Part shown: positions 8,576 through 17,015 of the stretch, in pieces
Numbering within the stretch: position 1 is the first letter of the stretch
Layout of the letters: each line of letters begins with the position of its first letter
Assembly (NCBI GenBank): GCA_965366305.1
Contig: CBDUEX010000001.1
Span: 1-28,848 of the forward strand
Length of the DNA: 28,848 nucleotides
Source: an uncultured Bacteroidia bacterium
GTDB taxonomy: Bacteria > Bacteroidota > Bacteroidia > NS11-12g > UBA9320
Reading direction: 5' to 3'
Notes under the pieces: generated by a model
What the model saw: only the letters and a program-made list of their open reading frames with translations
Told to the model about the DNA's origin: nothing
Database searches by the model: none
Made by a program: the position numbers and the translations under genes

Positions 8576-10660
8576 ATGATGAAGTTTAAAAATAAGTTTT
8601 TTATCTTAATGCCCTTTGTATTTATTGCTTTTGGATTCTATTTAAAAGCTCAAGATGAAGGTGAAGATGTTCTTCTAAAGGCCATTAATGTTAGTTTACA
8701 AAATGCTCACTATGATCCAGTGGCAATTGACGATGCGTATTCAGAAAAAGCATATAATCTGTATATGAATAATATTGACCCGAATAAGCGAATGCTAATT
8801 CAGGAAGATATTGATAAACTAGAGCCATTTAAGCATTCTTTAGATGAAGAATCTACAAACGGAAAGTATACCTTCTTTGATGCATCTCTAGAGATCATTA
8901 ATAAGCGAACAGATTTAACTCAAACGTTCTTCACTGATCTTTTGGCTCAGCCTTTTGATTATTCTGTTGAAGAAACAGTAGATTTTAGTGAAGATATTCC
9001 TTACGCCAAAGACCAAACACAACTGAAAGAGAGATGGCGTAAATATTTGAAATACAATGTTTTAACTAGGCTTTATGCCGATCAAGTGGCACAAGATAAA
9101 GCCCTAGAGAAAAAGGATACCGTGTTTACACCCGTTTCTTTTGATAGCCTTGAAATTAAAGCAAGAAATAGTGTTTTAAAAACACATGTAGACTGGTACA
9201 AAAGACTGAAAAAGTTTGATAGACAAGATCGTCTTGCAGTATACATCAATAGCTTAACTGCTGTTTATGATCCTCATACCAATTATTTCCCGCCTGCAGA
9301 TAAAGACAATTTCGATATTCAAATGTCTGGGAGACTTGAAGGTATCGGTGCTCAACTGCAAGAAAAAGATGGCTATATTAAAATTACCAAAATTATTCCT
9401 GGAGGTCCAGCATCGTTGCAAGGTGATTTAAAAGCAAATGACCTAATACTTAAAGTAGCACAAGAAGGAGAAGAAGCGGTAGACATTGTTGATTGGAGAA
9501 TTGATGATGCGGTAAAAATAATTCGTGGTAAAAAAGGCACTAAAGTAACCCTTACTGTTCGACGACCAGATGGAAGTGAAGAAGCGATTACAATAACAAG
9601 AGACATTGTTGTTTTGGATGAAACCTACGCAAAATCGTTAATCATTAACGATGCAGATAACGTAAAGTCTGGCTACATTTACTTACCTAGCTTTTATGCT
9701 GACTTTAGAAATCCTCGCGGACGATTTAGTTGGAAAGATGTGAAAGTTGAAGTTGAAAAATTGAAAGCCGAAAAAGTTAAAGGTATTATACTCGATTTAA
9801 GAAACAATGGAGGTGGTTCGTTAGATGATGTTGTAAAAATGGCTGGATTATTTATTGACCAAGGGCCTATTGTTCAAGTAAAAGAAAAAGGTAGAAAGCC
9901 CCAAGTACTCGAAGATCGCTATGAAGGTGCAGAATGGGATGGTGCCTTAGTTATAATGGTAAACGAGTTTAGTGCATCCGCATCTGAGATTATGGCTGCT
10001 GCAATGCAAGATTATAATAGAGCTGTTGTAATAGGTTCATCTTCAACACATGGCAAGGGTACTGTGCAACGTTTTCTTGATTTAAATCAAACCTTACGCA
10101 GTAAAAATGTTCCTGAATTAGGCAGTGTAAAGCTAACTATCCAAAAGTTTTATCGTATCAACGGTGATGCAACCCAACTTAAAGGGGTAAGCTCCGATAT
10201 TCTTCTTCCAGATAATTACATGTACATCAAAACTGGTGAAAAAGAGCACGATTATCCAATGGTTTGGGATCAAATTGATAAGTCAAACTACGATAATAAA
10301 TCGTATAGCGTTCCTAAAAAGGTCTATAAAAACAGCATGAAACGTGTAAAAGAAAATGAGACCTTTCAATTGATTGAAGAAAATGCACGTAGATGGGAAA
10401 AACAACGAGAAGTAAATGTATATCCTCTTTCGTTTGCCAACTACAAATTGCAAGAAGAAACTGAAAAAATGGAAGGAGATAAATTTAAAGACTTAGGGAA
10501 AATTGATATCAACGGTTTTCAAGTCTCTAATATCCCTTCGGATGTAGCGAAAATTAATGCCGATGAGTCTCGCAAAAAACGAAACGAAGATTGGATGGAG
10601 GGTATAACCAAGGATCCATATATTTTTGAAGCTCTTCAAATAATCGAAGATTGGAATTAA
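8576..10660 (+). CDS. prc: Carboxy-terminal processing protease (S41 family, Prc/Tsp type) with PDZ domain
   Basis: Signal-peptide-like N-terminus, DPHTNYF, LEGIGAQL (PDZ), ILDLRNNGGGSL, catalytic SASASEI and GKGTVQ. Confidence 0.92.
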   Translation: MMKFKNKFFILMPFVFIAFGFYLKAQDEGEDVLLKAINVSLQNAHYDPVAIDDAYSEKAYNLYMNNIDPNKRMLIQEDIDKLEPFKHSLDEESTNGKYTFFDASLEIINKRTDLTQTFFTDLLAQPFDYSVEETVDFSEDIPYAKDQTQLKERWRKYLKYNVLTRLYADQVAQDKALEKKDTVFTPVSFDSLEIKARNSVLKTHVDWYKRLKKFDRQDRLAVYINSLTAVYDPHTNYFPPADKDNFDIQMSGRLEGIGAQLQEKDGYIKITKIIPGGPASLQGDLKANDLILKVAQEGEEAVDIVDWRIDDAVKIIRGKKGTKVTLTVRRPDGSEEAITITRDIVVLDETYAKSLIINDADNVKSGYIYLPSFYADFRNPRGRFSWKDVKVEVEKLKAEKVKGIILDLRNNGGGSLDDVVKMAGLFIDQGPIVQVKEKGRKPQVLEDRYEGAEWDGALVIMVNEFSASASEIMAAAMQDYNRAVVIGSSSTHGKGTVQRFLDLNQTLRSKNVPELGSVKLTIQKFYRINGDATQLKGVSSDILLPDNYMYIKTGEKEHDYPMVWDQIDKSNYDNKSYSVPKKVYKNSMKRVKENETFQLIEENARRWEKQREVNVYPLSFANYKLQEETEKMEGDKFKDLGKIDINGFQVSNIPSDVAKINADESRKKRNEDWMEGITKDPYIFEALQIIEDWN

Positions 10661-10688
10661 TCTGATTCTCTTACTAGTAACAAGGTTT

Positions 10689-10752
10689 GTTTAACTAAAT
10701 AAACCCCACTTTTCTCGCATACTTATCAAAATATCAAGTGGTTTAACTAAAT
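10689..10752. repeat. Two copies of the 12-bp motif GTTTAACTAAAT (10689-10700 and 10741-10752), candidate operator sites
   Basis: Exact direct repeat 52 bp apart with palindromic core TTTA-AC-TAAA; copy 1 lies within the 22-bp near-palindrome GGTTTGTTTAACTAAATAAACC (10684-10705). Confidence 0.45.
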
Positions 10753-10755
10753 TTG
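10748..10755 (+). promoter_or_regulatory. Bacteroidota -7 promoter element for the six-gene AAA+ operon
   Basis: TAAATTTG is a perfect TAnnTTTG ending 24 nt before ATG 10780; the TTG start used by the ORF track (10753) is part of this element. Confidence 0.7.
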
Positions 10756-10779
10756 AGCAACTTAAATTTACCAAAAACT

Positions 10780-12150
10780 ATGTCAGATTCCTTTGATTTA
10801 TTGGACCAGCTAGGTGACCAAAAAAAAGTAGAAGCCCTCAAAGCAAAAATTGAAAAGAAAACAAGCACAGATATAACATCTAAGCTTGATAAAATTGAAC
10901 AAGAAATTGAACAAGCTGTTGCAGACAATAGATCCACTGAGGATATTGTAAGCGGAATTATCAATGCCAATTTTGAAACACTAAATGGCGATGTTGATGC
11001 AACTGAAGCAGATTTACAAGAATTGATGCTTCACTTGCGATCGATGCTGGATAGCTGTGGCGGAGAGTTTGGCAAATTGCAAGAATTAAATGATTCAGAA
11101 TTAAAATTAATTGAGCTTGCAACAAAGGCAAGGGAGGCCGCTGAGCGTGAAGCAGCAGATGCAGAAAACTTATCAAGTGCCTGGAACATCTTATTTGGTT
11201 ATAAAAACAGAAAAGTAAAAAGCACCAAAGAAGATTTTGAAAAGAAAGTTGAAGGGCTTAAAAATGCCGAAGCAGAGGCTCAAAGAAGATACAGAGACCG
11301 TCTTAAAAATGCCGATATTGGTGAAAGCTTAAATAGAATAATAAGCCAGGTTCAAGGCATGGTAGGTATTGTAGAAAATATGATACTGGACGTAGACAAA
11401 CAAATAAGTGCTCTTAAAAACAGAAAAGAGCTTGCTTTTGAAACCAAAGAAAAAGCTGCTCGAATTATGGAAGAGCGTAAAGTAGATTTAGATGATGTTG
11501 AAGGGAAATTAAAGCAATCAGAATCTGAACTTACCGAGTTGGCTAACAATAGTCCTGAGTATACCGCCCAAGAGAAAAAAATCGCAGATCTAAAAGAACT
11601 AAGAGCAAACCTAAAAGGTAAGTTCAATATTGCACTTGGTATTTTTCAATCGAAAGAGCGGTTTGTTGATCAAATTGTAGTGCACCTTGAAGCTCAAACA
11701 ACAACTAAAAATAACCTAAAACAATTAATTGGTCAGTTAAAAAGTGATACGGAAGAACGTGTGACTACTTATGAATCAGGATTACAATTAATTCAATCTG
11801 CAACTGCACAAGAAGCTGCTTCAATGTATGAAGAAGCTGGTGTTAAAACCGATCAAAAAATTACAGAAATTGCTGCCAAAGTATTGGTAGGCTCTGAAAA
11901 AGATAGAATTACACGTGTTAAGAAACACCCACAACGAATGACGGAACTTCACAAGGTGTTAGTTGCCATGGCAGAAGCCACAGCTAAGTATAAAGAAGAA
12001 GATGCTAAGTTGATGGAACAACACAGTAATAAGTTCGGTATTGACGTAAGTAAAACATTCTCACATAACTACGAGAATAAGGTAGATAATGTCAAAGAAA
12101 GTAGTGGAGATAGCTCAAAAGGTAATACTGTAGATGATTTAATGGACTAA
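10780..12150 (+). CDS. Long coiled-coil protein, possibly distant TelA (toxic anion resistance)-like
   Basis: 456 aa from ATG 10780; rich in E/K/A/L/Q, helical heptad pattern, no TM; amphipathic WNILFG motif at about residues 135-140; low-complexity linker then terminal VDDLMD. CDS is secure; family call is tentative. Confidence 0.7.
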   Translation: MSDSFDLLDQLGDQKKVEALKAKIEKKTSTDITSKLDKIEQEIEQAVADNRSTEDIVSGIINANFETLNGDVDATEADLQELMLHLRSMLDSCGGEFGKLQELNDSELKLIELATKAREAAEREAADAENLSSAWNILFGYKNRKVKSTKEDFEKKVEGLKNAEAEAQRRYRDRLKNADIGESLNRIISQVQGMVGIVENMILDVDKQISALKNRKELAFETKEKAARIMEERKVDLDDVEGKLKQSESELTELANNSPEYTAQEKKIADLKELRANLKGKFNIALGIFQSKERFVDQIVVHLEAQTTTKNNLKQLIGQLKSDTEERVTTYESGLQLIQSATAQEAASMYEEAGVKTDQKITEIAAKVLVGSEKDRITRVKKHPQRMTELHKVLVAMAEATAKYKEEDAKLMEQHSNKFGIDVSKTFSHNYENKVDNVKESSGDSSKGNTVDDLMD

Positions 12151-12163
12151 CACAGTTTACTGA

Positions 12164-13261
12164 GTGAAAACCATTGATATAAATAATCACTTTACTTCCT
12201 TAGATAGAAGTGTTCTTGAAGGAGAAAACGCGTATAGCGACTACTTTGAGTATGTGAAACGTGCATTAAATATTCTTCTGAGCTCTTATGATAAGATTTC
12301 AAGCCAAACGCCCCTTGAAGTTACAGTTCTAAAAGAATATTCACAGAAATTCTTAAACACTATTGAAGCGTTTAGGTTGAAATACTCATTTGCAGAGAAT
12401 CAATCTATGCTGGTGGATTTAACTGAAAGTGGATTCCCAAATTTTTTAGAATTTAAAAGACTTGGAGACGATCTGCACAAAAAGGAAAGTGAGCTTTCTA
12501 AAATGCCAACAAAGGATTCGTTAAAACAAAACATTTTAGATCATCTGGTCAAAAAATTCAATGACCCTTCAACGCTATTACAGCAGCTTAGCAAACAATG
12601 CTACTTTAATAACTTAAATGCTCATAAGTTGTTTTTTGAGTTTAATCCTGGGAAAATTGAGCTGATAAAAGAAGCCAATGATAAAGAAGAAACCCGCACG
12701 TATTTTTACTCCTGGGCGTCTTTTGACAGTGTAACCAATAAACCATTTGTTTACACCATGGTTTTTGAAAACCCAACCAATATTTCAAATGAAAACACGG
12801 ATATTAAGAGGGACTTAGACTTTATTGAGGTTATTAAACGATGTACGCATAACAGTTCTCCACTTAAGGTTATTGCATCAGACATAGACAATTCTTACGA
12901 GAATATATATCCAAAGATTCTTAAGCGAATCGAAATTGGTCCTGTATTTGGAAAATATTCAAGAGACAAACACCCATTCACCCTTCTGCTAAATAACCAC
13001 TTTTCTGAAGAGGATTTTATATTCACTTATGAAACGGAAGTAGTTTTTTCAATTGGCCAAAAAAAGACCAAATCATTTTTATCAAAAGGAGAGTTAAGAC
13101 AAGTATTTTACATTGACGAAACAAACAAAGAATGCATGGAGAAAATGATTTCTCAAATTGATAAATACATGATAACGTCCCATCGTGTTTTACAATATTT
13201 GAATGATACCAGACCAGAAGTATTAAAGGGGCTTTCTGTACCTGCTTATATTTATAATTAA
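12164..13261 (+). CDS. Soluble protein of unknown function (operon gene 2)
   Basis: 365-aa ORF, GTG start 13 nt after the upstream stop; no TM or signal; motif-like blocks DLTESGFPNF, WASFDSVTNKPFVY, YPKILKRIEIGP. Confidence 0.8.
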   Translation: MKTIDINNHFTSLDRSVLEGENAYSDYFEYVKRALNILLSSYDKISSQTPLEVTVLKEYSQKFLNTIEAFRLKYSFAENQSMLVDLTESGFPNFLEFKRLGDDLHKKESELSKMPTKDSLKQNILDHLVKKFNDPSTLLQQLSKQCYFNNLNAHKLFFEFNPGKIELIKEANDKEETRTYFYSWASFDSVTNKPFVYTMVFENPTNISNENTDIKRDLDFIEVIKRCTHNSSPLKVIASDIDNSYENIYPKILKRIEIGPVFGKYSRDKHPFTLLLNNHFSEEDFIFTYETEVVFSIGQKKTKSFLSKGELRQVFYIDETNKECMEKMISQIDKYMITSHRVLQYLNDTRPEVLKGLSVPAYIYN

Positions 13262-13262
13262 T

Positions 13263-15224
13263 ATGGAAAAACAAGAATCATCATTGTTAAAAATTAAAGA
13301 GGCCGACCTTCTTGAATACAAAGAAGATATCACTGCATACTTGAAGCAAGTTGGTTGGAAGCCAGATAATAAAACTTCTAGTTCAAGTGTAGACCTAAAT
13401 TTTTTAACCAATGTAAATAAGGCTCTTGAGTTACAGCAAGAAGATGAAATATCCATCTTAAAAGCTGCAATTAGAATAAGTGACGACAGAGTTCTGTTGT
13501 CTAACACCTGTAATAAGATTTTAAACGCTGTTAGAACAGGTTACTCGCTCGGAAGGCATATTGCTAAATTATATTCAGACGCAAGCGGACTAGAGCTGCT
13601 ACAACAAAAAAACACAAGCGGCGACCTGCATCAGTCAGAACTTCCAGAGTTTCATGATAAGAGTCAAACGCAATCCGCCATACTTGTATATAGTGCAGCT
13701 TCGTATATTACGTATGCTTTAAACGATTTTATGGCCGATGAAGTTGCTTCCATACCAATGGATTTCAATGGAATCCCTCAAATTAGTTTGACAAGGCCAT
13801 CCAAAGCTATACAATGCACGCTATATTACTATGCGGCATACTTGGAGCGTTCTGGAATTGTGAATACCGATTTGCACTTTCTTAAAATTACATTATTATA
13901 CTTCGAACGCGTTGTTGAAGAAATTCAATTACGAAAAAATGCATTGAAGTACAGTGAGATTTTTACTCAAAACCACTACAAATTAGAAAACACTGAGTTC
14001 ATACTTCAAGGATTTGAAACTCATTCTGCTGCTAGTGTTAAAGGAATGCAATTTAATCCAACTAGAATGGAAGAAATTGTATCGAACAAGCAGGCAAAAC
14101 ACATGTTTAAACGATATGCAGAGCGATTGTTGTGCTACGATTTGGATGCTAAGAAGAATCCCATGAACGAATTAGGTGGTCTCCCTTCTATAACCATGGC
14201 CGATGGTAAACCAGGCACAGGTAAAAGCATGCTAATTGCAGCAACTGCAACCTTATTGCAAGAACGCTGCGATCAACTTGGACTGAATTTCCTTTTTTGG
14301 CCATTGCCAGAGAATATAGTTTCTACTTTCCAAGGAGGTACTGCCGAACGAGCGATGGAATGGTTTAAGCCCATGCAAGATCCAAACAAAATTGTTTTTG
14401 CTCCTATTGACGATGCCGAGAACAATTTAGAGGAGCGAACAAGACAAGGAGTTTCTGCAGGGGTACGTGAATTTATAGGCGTGTTTTTAAGAAACACTGA
14501 AGGAGCTTATGCCGTAAATCATGGCAATAGATTAATGAGTCTATTTACCAATATTCCCGATCAAATCGACAAGGCGGTTTTGTCTCGAATTCAAATGAGA
14601 ATTTCTATGGAAGGAGCATCAAATAAGTTCGACTTTATGGACCAGGATTATTTGTGGTGGCAGAAGTATGCTGAATTGGATAAAAACTTTGTAAACAACA
14701 CAATGCCAAACAACTATACGTTTATGGATGCTCAGAAAGAGGCAAATTCGATCAACGATTTAATTGAGGACAAATACAGCTTTACCAATCACAAAGTAGA
14801 AGATATTTATAGTGCAGTTAAGAAAAACACAGATCCAAATTCGCACGAATTTTTTGGAACGTTCTATGACGCTATTTTAGATCAATATCCTTTTTTCTCT
14901 TCAAGGGACCTTAGAAATATTCAGAAAGCAGTAGATGCACGATTAATAGATTTTGATCTTCCAGAAATATGGTGGGATAATCCCGATGACTTTTTCACCA
15001 AAGAGTACGATCAAAAATTAACTATCCTCAAAGATTTGATGAAACAGAATATGAAAGGTGCATCATTTGGACAAGTACGAATATTTGAAGCCCTAAATTA
15101 TATTGAAAATTCAATTCGAATTAATGAAACTGGAATTAACCGAGAAATTAAGCAACGGGCAAAAGAATTGTATATTCAACAACAAGCTAATCAACAACTT
15201 AACAGCGGAATTATAAATGATTAA
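13263..15224 (+). CDS. AAA+ ATPase of classical AAA type with a long N-terminal domain
   Basis: Walker A GKPGTGKS (res 315-322, nt 14205-14228), pore-loop-like IVSTFQGGT, Walker B IVFAPIDDAE (D383-D384), SRH FTNIPDQIDKAVLSR (res 428-442), lid motif SSRDLRNI. Confidence 0.9.
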   Translation: MEKQESSLLKIKEADLLEYKEDITAYLKQVGWKPDNKTSSSSVDLNFLTNVNKALELQQEDEISILKAAIRISDDRVLLSNTCNKILNAVRTGYSLGRHIAKLYSDASGLELLQQKNTSGDLHQSELPEFHDKSQTQSAILVYSAASYITYALNDFMADEVASIPMDFNGIPQISLTRPSKAIQCTLYYYAAYLERSGIVNTDLHFLKITLLYFERVVEEIQLRKNALKYSEIFTQNHYKLENTEFILQGFETHSAASVKGMQFNPTRMEEIVSNKQAKHMFKRYAERLLCYDLDAKKNPMNELGGLPSITMADGKPGTGKSMLIAATATLLQERCDQLGLNFLFWPLPENIVSTFQGGTAERAMEWFKPMQDPNKIVFAPIDDAENNLEERTRQGVSAGVREFIGVFLRNTEGAYAVNHGNRLMSLFTNIPDQIDKAVLSRIQMRISMEGASNKFDFMDQDYLWWQKYAELDKNFVNNTMPNNYTFMDAQKEANSINDLIEDKYSFTNHKVEDIYSAVKKNTDPNSHEFFGTFYDAILDQYPFFSSRDLRNIQKAVDARLIDFDLPEIWWDNPDDFFTKEYDQKLTILKDLMKQNMKGASFGQVRIFEALNYIENSIRINETGINREIKQRAKELYIQQQANQQLNSGIIND

Positions 15225-16488
15225 ACTCATTCAAAACGGCTTATTTGCGGATAACTTATTTGCGGTTAATAACCCGCTAATGGTAAAACGCTACAACGGC
15301 TGTTTGACTGATATAGGACTTACTCCTACAAAGCTAAAATCATTTCATATAGATGGTTGGGGTTGGAGTCCTGAAATTGCAGAGGAACAAGGCAACAGAA
15401 CTTACTTGTGCCATGGTTTGGCAAATCCATTTGGAATTATAATAAGTCCAGAACAAGAAAAGAGTTCCATTTACATGCCTTTTCATACGTTCGATTCGCA
15501 AATACATAAACTAATATTTAAACTTTATAAAGACCAAATTGCAGATATTACAGCCGTTTGTGGTTTATGGTTTGAGCTGGACCAAGAAATTACAGCCTAT
15601 CGATCTCCTCAAGATTTATTAATGGTTGACTATGTAAATGTTGCATTCTATTCAGTAGACCGCATTATGACCGCTGCTCAAGAACAGCGGGCTCTTATTC
15701 GCGAGTTTTATGATGTGCCTCAAGCATGGTCAAATAAAGAACTTCGCGATAGCATTATTGCAAGTAGTAAAAAACACGGCGATCTTCGATTTAAAAAATT
15801 TGAAATACCTAATACTCCTTTTGTAGATATTGAAAACTATTACACGCTGGCTTTCAACGGCTTATACGTATTCAAGAACCTCAATAATGATAAGCCTGTT
15901 TTGATATTTTCAAATGAACAATCAGAAGTTTCAGGAGAATCTACTCATGGTCATTTAGAATTCAATGCTTCAGACCCACAACTACTGAGCTATTTGTATA
16001 CTAAAAATATAATTTCTAACGACTTAAGCCTCTATCAAACCCACCCTGTTTTAATTGAACTCTTAAAAGATTTTATACTTATTGAAGCGGCGATTAATTT
16101 TGACGATAGCATTCCATTTAATGAATTGAACAAAACTCAGATGAAAGGCGTAGTTAACAAACTCTTATCGCAACATATTTTACCTGAAGAATACTTTGAA
16201 CTTGAGAAGCTCTTAACCGTTTTAAAAGACGATAAAGCTGTTCAATCTTATACCATTCCAGAGAAACTTAGATCGTACTTGCTTCATCCTCATTACTCAC
16301 TAAATGAGAATCAAACAAAAGTAGTTTGGCAACTATTGGGCAACATAAACAAGCACAACCCCTTAACTCTTTACCTGTTTAATAAATCGCTGTTCTATTC
16401 CAGCTATGGCAATTGGCATGAGCAAGTTCAGAGTTGGGTGGTAAAAAAACTTCTTGAACATAAACACATCTACAACAACTTAATATAA
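15217..16488 (+). CDS. Soluble protein of unknown function, DUF6638-like (recalled from memory, unverified)
   Basis: 423-aa ORF overlapping the ATPase stop by 8 nt (ATGATTAA); motifs FHIDGWGWSPEIAEE, NPFGIIISPEQ, YYTLAFNGLYVF. Confidence 0.75.
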   Translation: MIKLIQNGLFADNLFAVNNPLMVKRYNGCLTDIGLTPTKLKSFHIDGWGWSPEIAEEQGNRTYLCHGLANPFGIIISPEQEKSSIYMPFHTFDSQIHKLIFKLYKDQIADITAVCGLWFELDQEITAYRSPQDLLMVDYVNVAFYSVDRIMTAAQEQRALIREFYDVPQAWSNKELRDSIIASSKKHGDLRFKKFEIPNTPFVDIENYYTLAFNGLYVFKNLNNDKPVLIFSNEQSEVSGESTHGHLEFNASDPQLLSYLYTKNIISNDLSLYQTHPVLIELLKDFILIEAAINFDDSIPFNELNKTQMKGVVNKLLSQHILPEEYFELEKLLTVLKDDKAVQSYTIPEKLRSYLLHPHYSLNENQTKVVWQLLGNINKHNPLTLYLFNKSLFYSSYGNWHEQVQSWVVKKLLEHKHIYNNLI

Positions 16489-16492
16489 TTTT

Positions 16493-17008
16493 ATGGATAC
16501 TATACTTTCTCTCATTGTTGGCTTTGCATTCGGATTAATATTCACTTTCTGGGATAACAAAAACGGTAAGAAATGGTATAAACGCTGGCATAATTTAAGC
16601 CATAAATCTCCATTACCAGAGGACAGTAATTTAAGTTTTACAAACAACCAACCATTTTCAAAAAGACTTGTTCCAGCAATAATCTTAACTGCAATTTTTG
16701 GATACATCACCTGGATGTTTGGTGAATTAAACCTTATCTATACCATTCTAACATTTACACTTATTCTTATTGGCGTTCTTTTAGCATTTTACACAGGACC
16801 ACTCATTCTAAACGCTCTTCCAGGCAAACTTAAGGAGGCAAACAAAGCACTTAAGAAAATTGATGAATTAGAACAAGACTTAAAATCCAGTGCGGAAACT
16901 ATTCTTCCAACAAGAAAAGAAGAGGCCGAACCCATAAAAGAAGTTAAGCCTGAGAAGAAATCGGATGACGATTGGCGAAAAGGAGTAAAAGGTTTCTTAG
17001 ATAAATAA
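16493..17008 (+). CDS. Small membrane protein (3 predicted TM) with charged C-terminal coiled-coil tail
   Basis: Hydrophobic segments ILSLIVGFAFGLIFTFW, LVPAIILTAIFGYITWMFG, LIYTILTFTLILIGVLLAFY; then KLKEANKALKKIDELEQDL and terminal DDDWRKGVKGFLDK. Confidence 0.8.
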   Translation: MDTILSLIVGFAFGLIFTFWDNKNGKKWYKRWHNLSHKSPLPEDSNLSFTNNQPFSKRLVPAIILTAIFGYITWMFGELNLIYTILTFTLILIGVLLAFYTGPLILNALPGKLKEANKALKKIDELEQDLKSSAETILPTRKEEAEPIKEVKPEKKSDDDWRKGVKGFLDK

Positions 17009-17015
17009 ATAAGCT

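Noticed and set aside
10753-10779. TTG start for the coiled-coil gene
   Set aside because: The TTG lies within the TAAATTTG -7 element; ATG 10780 with an A-rich leader is more plausible.
13263-15224. Calling the ATPase FtsH, ClpB, MoxR or a known defence NTPase
   Set aside because: No TM or HEXXH protease domain, only one AAA module, no adjacent VWA gene recognised, and no nuclease or other effector motif recognised in neighbouring genes.
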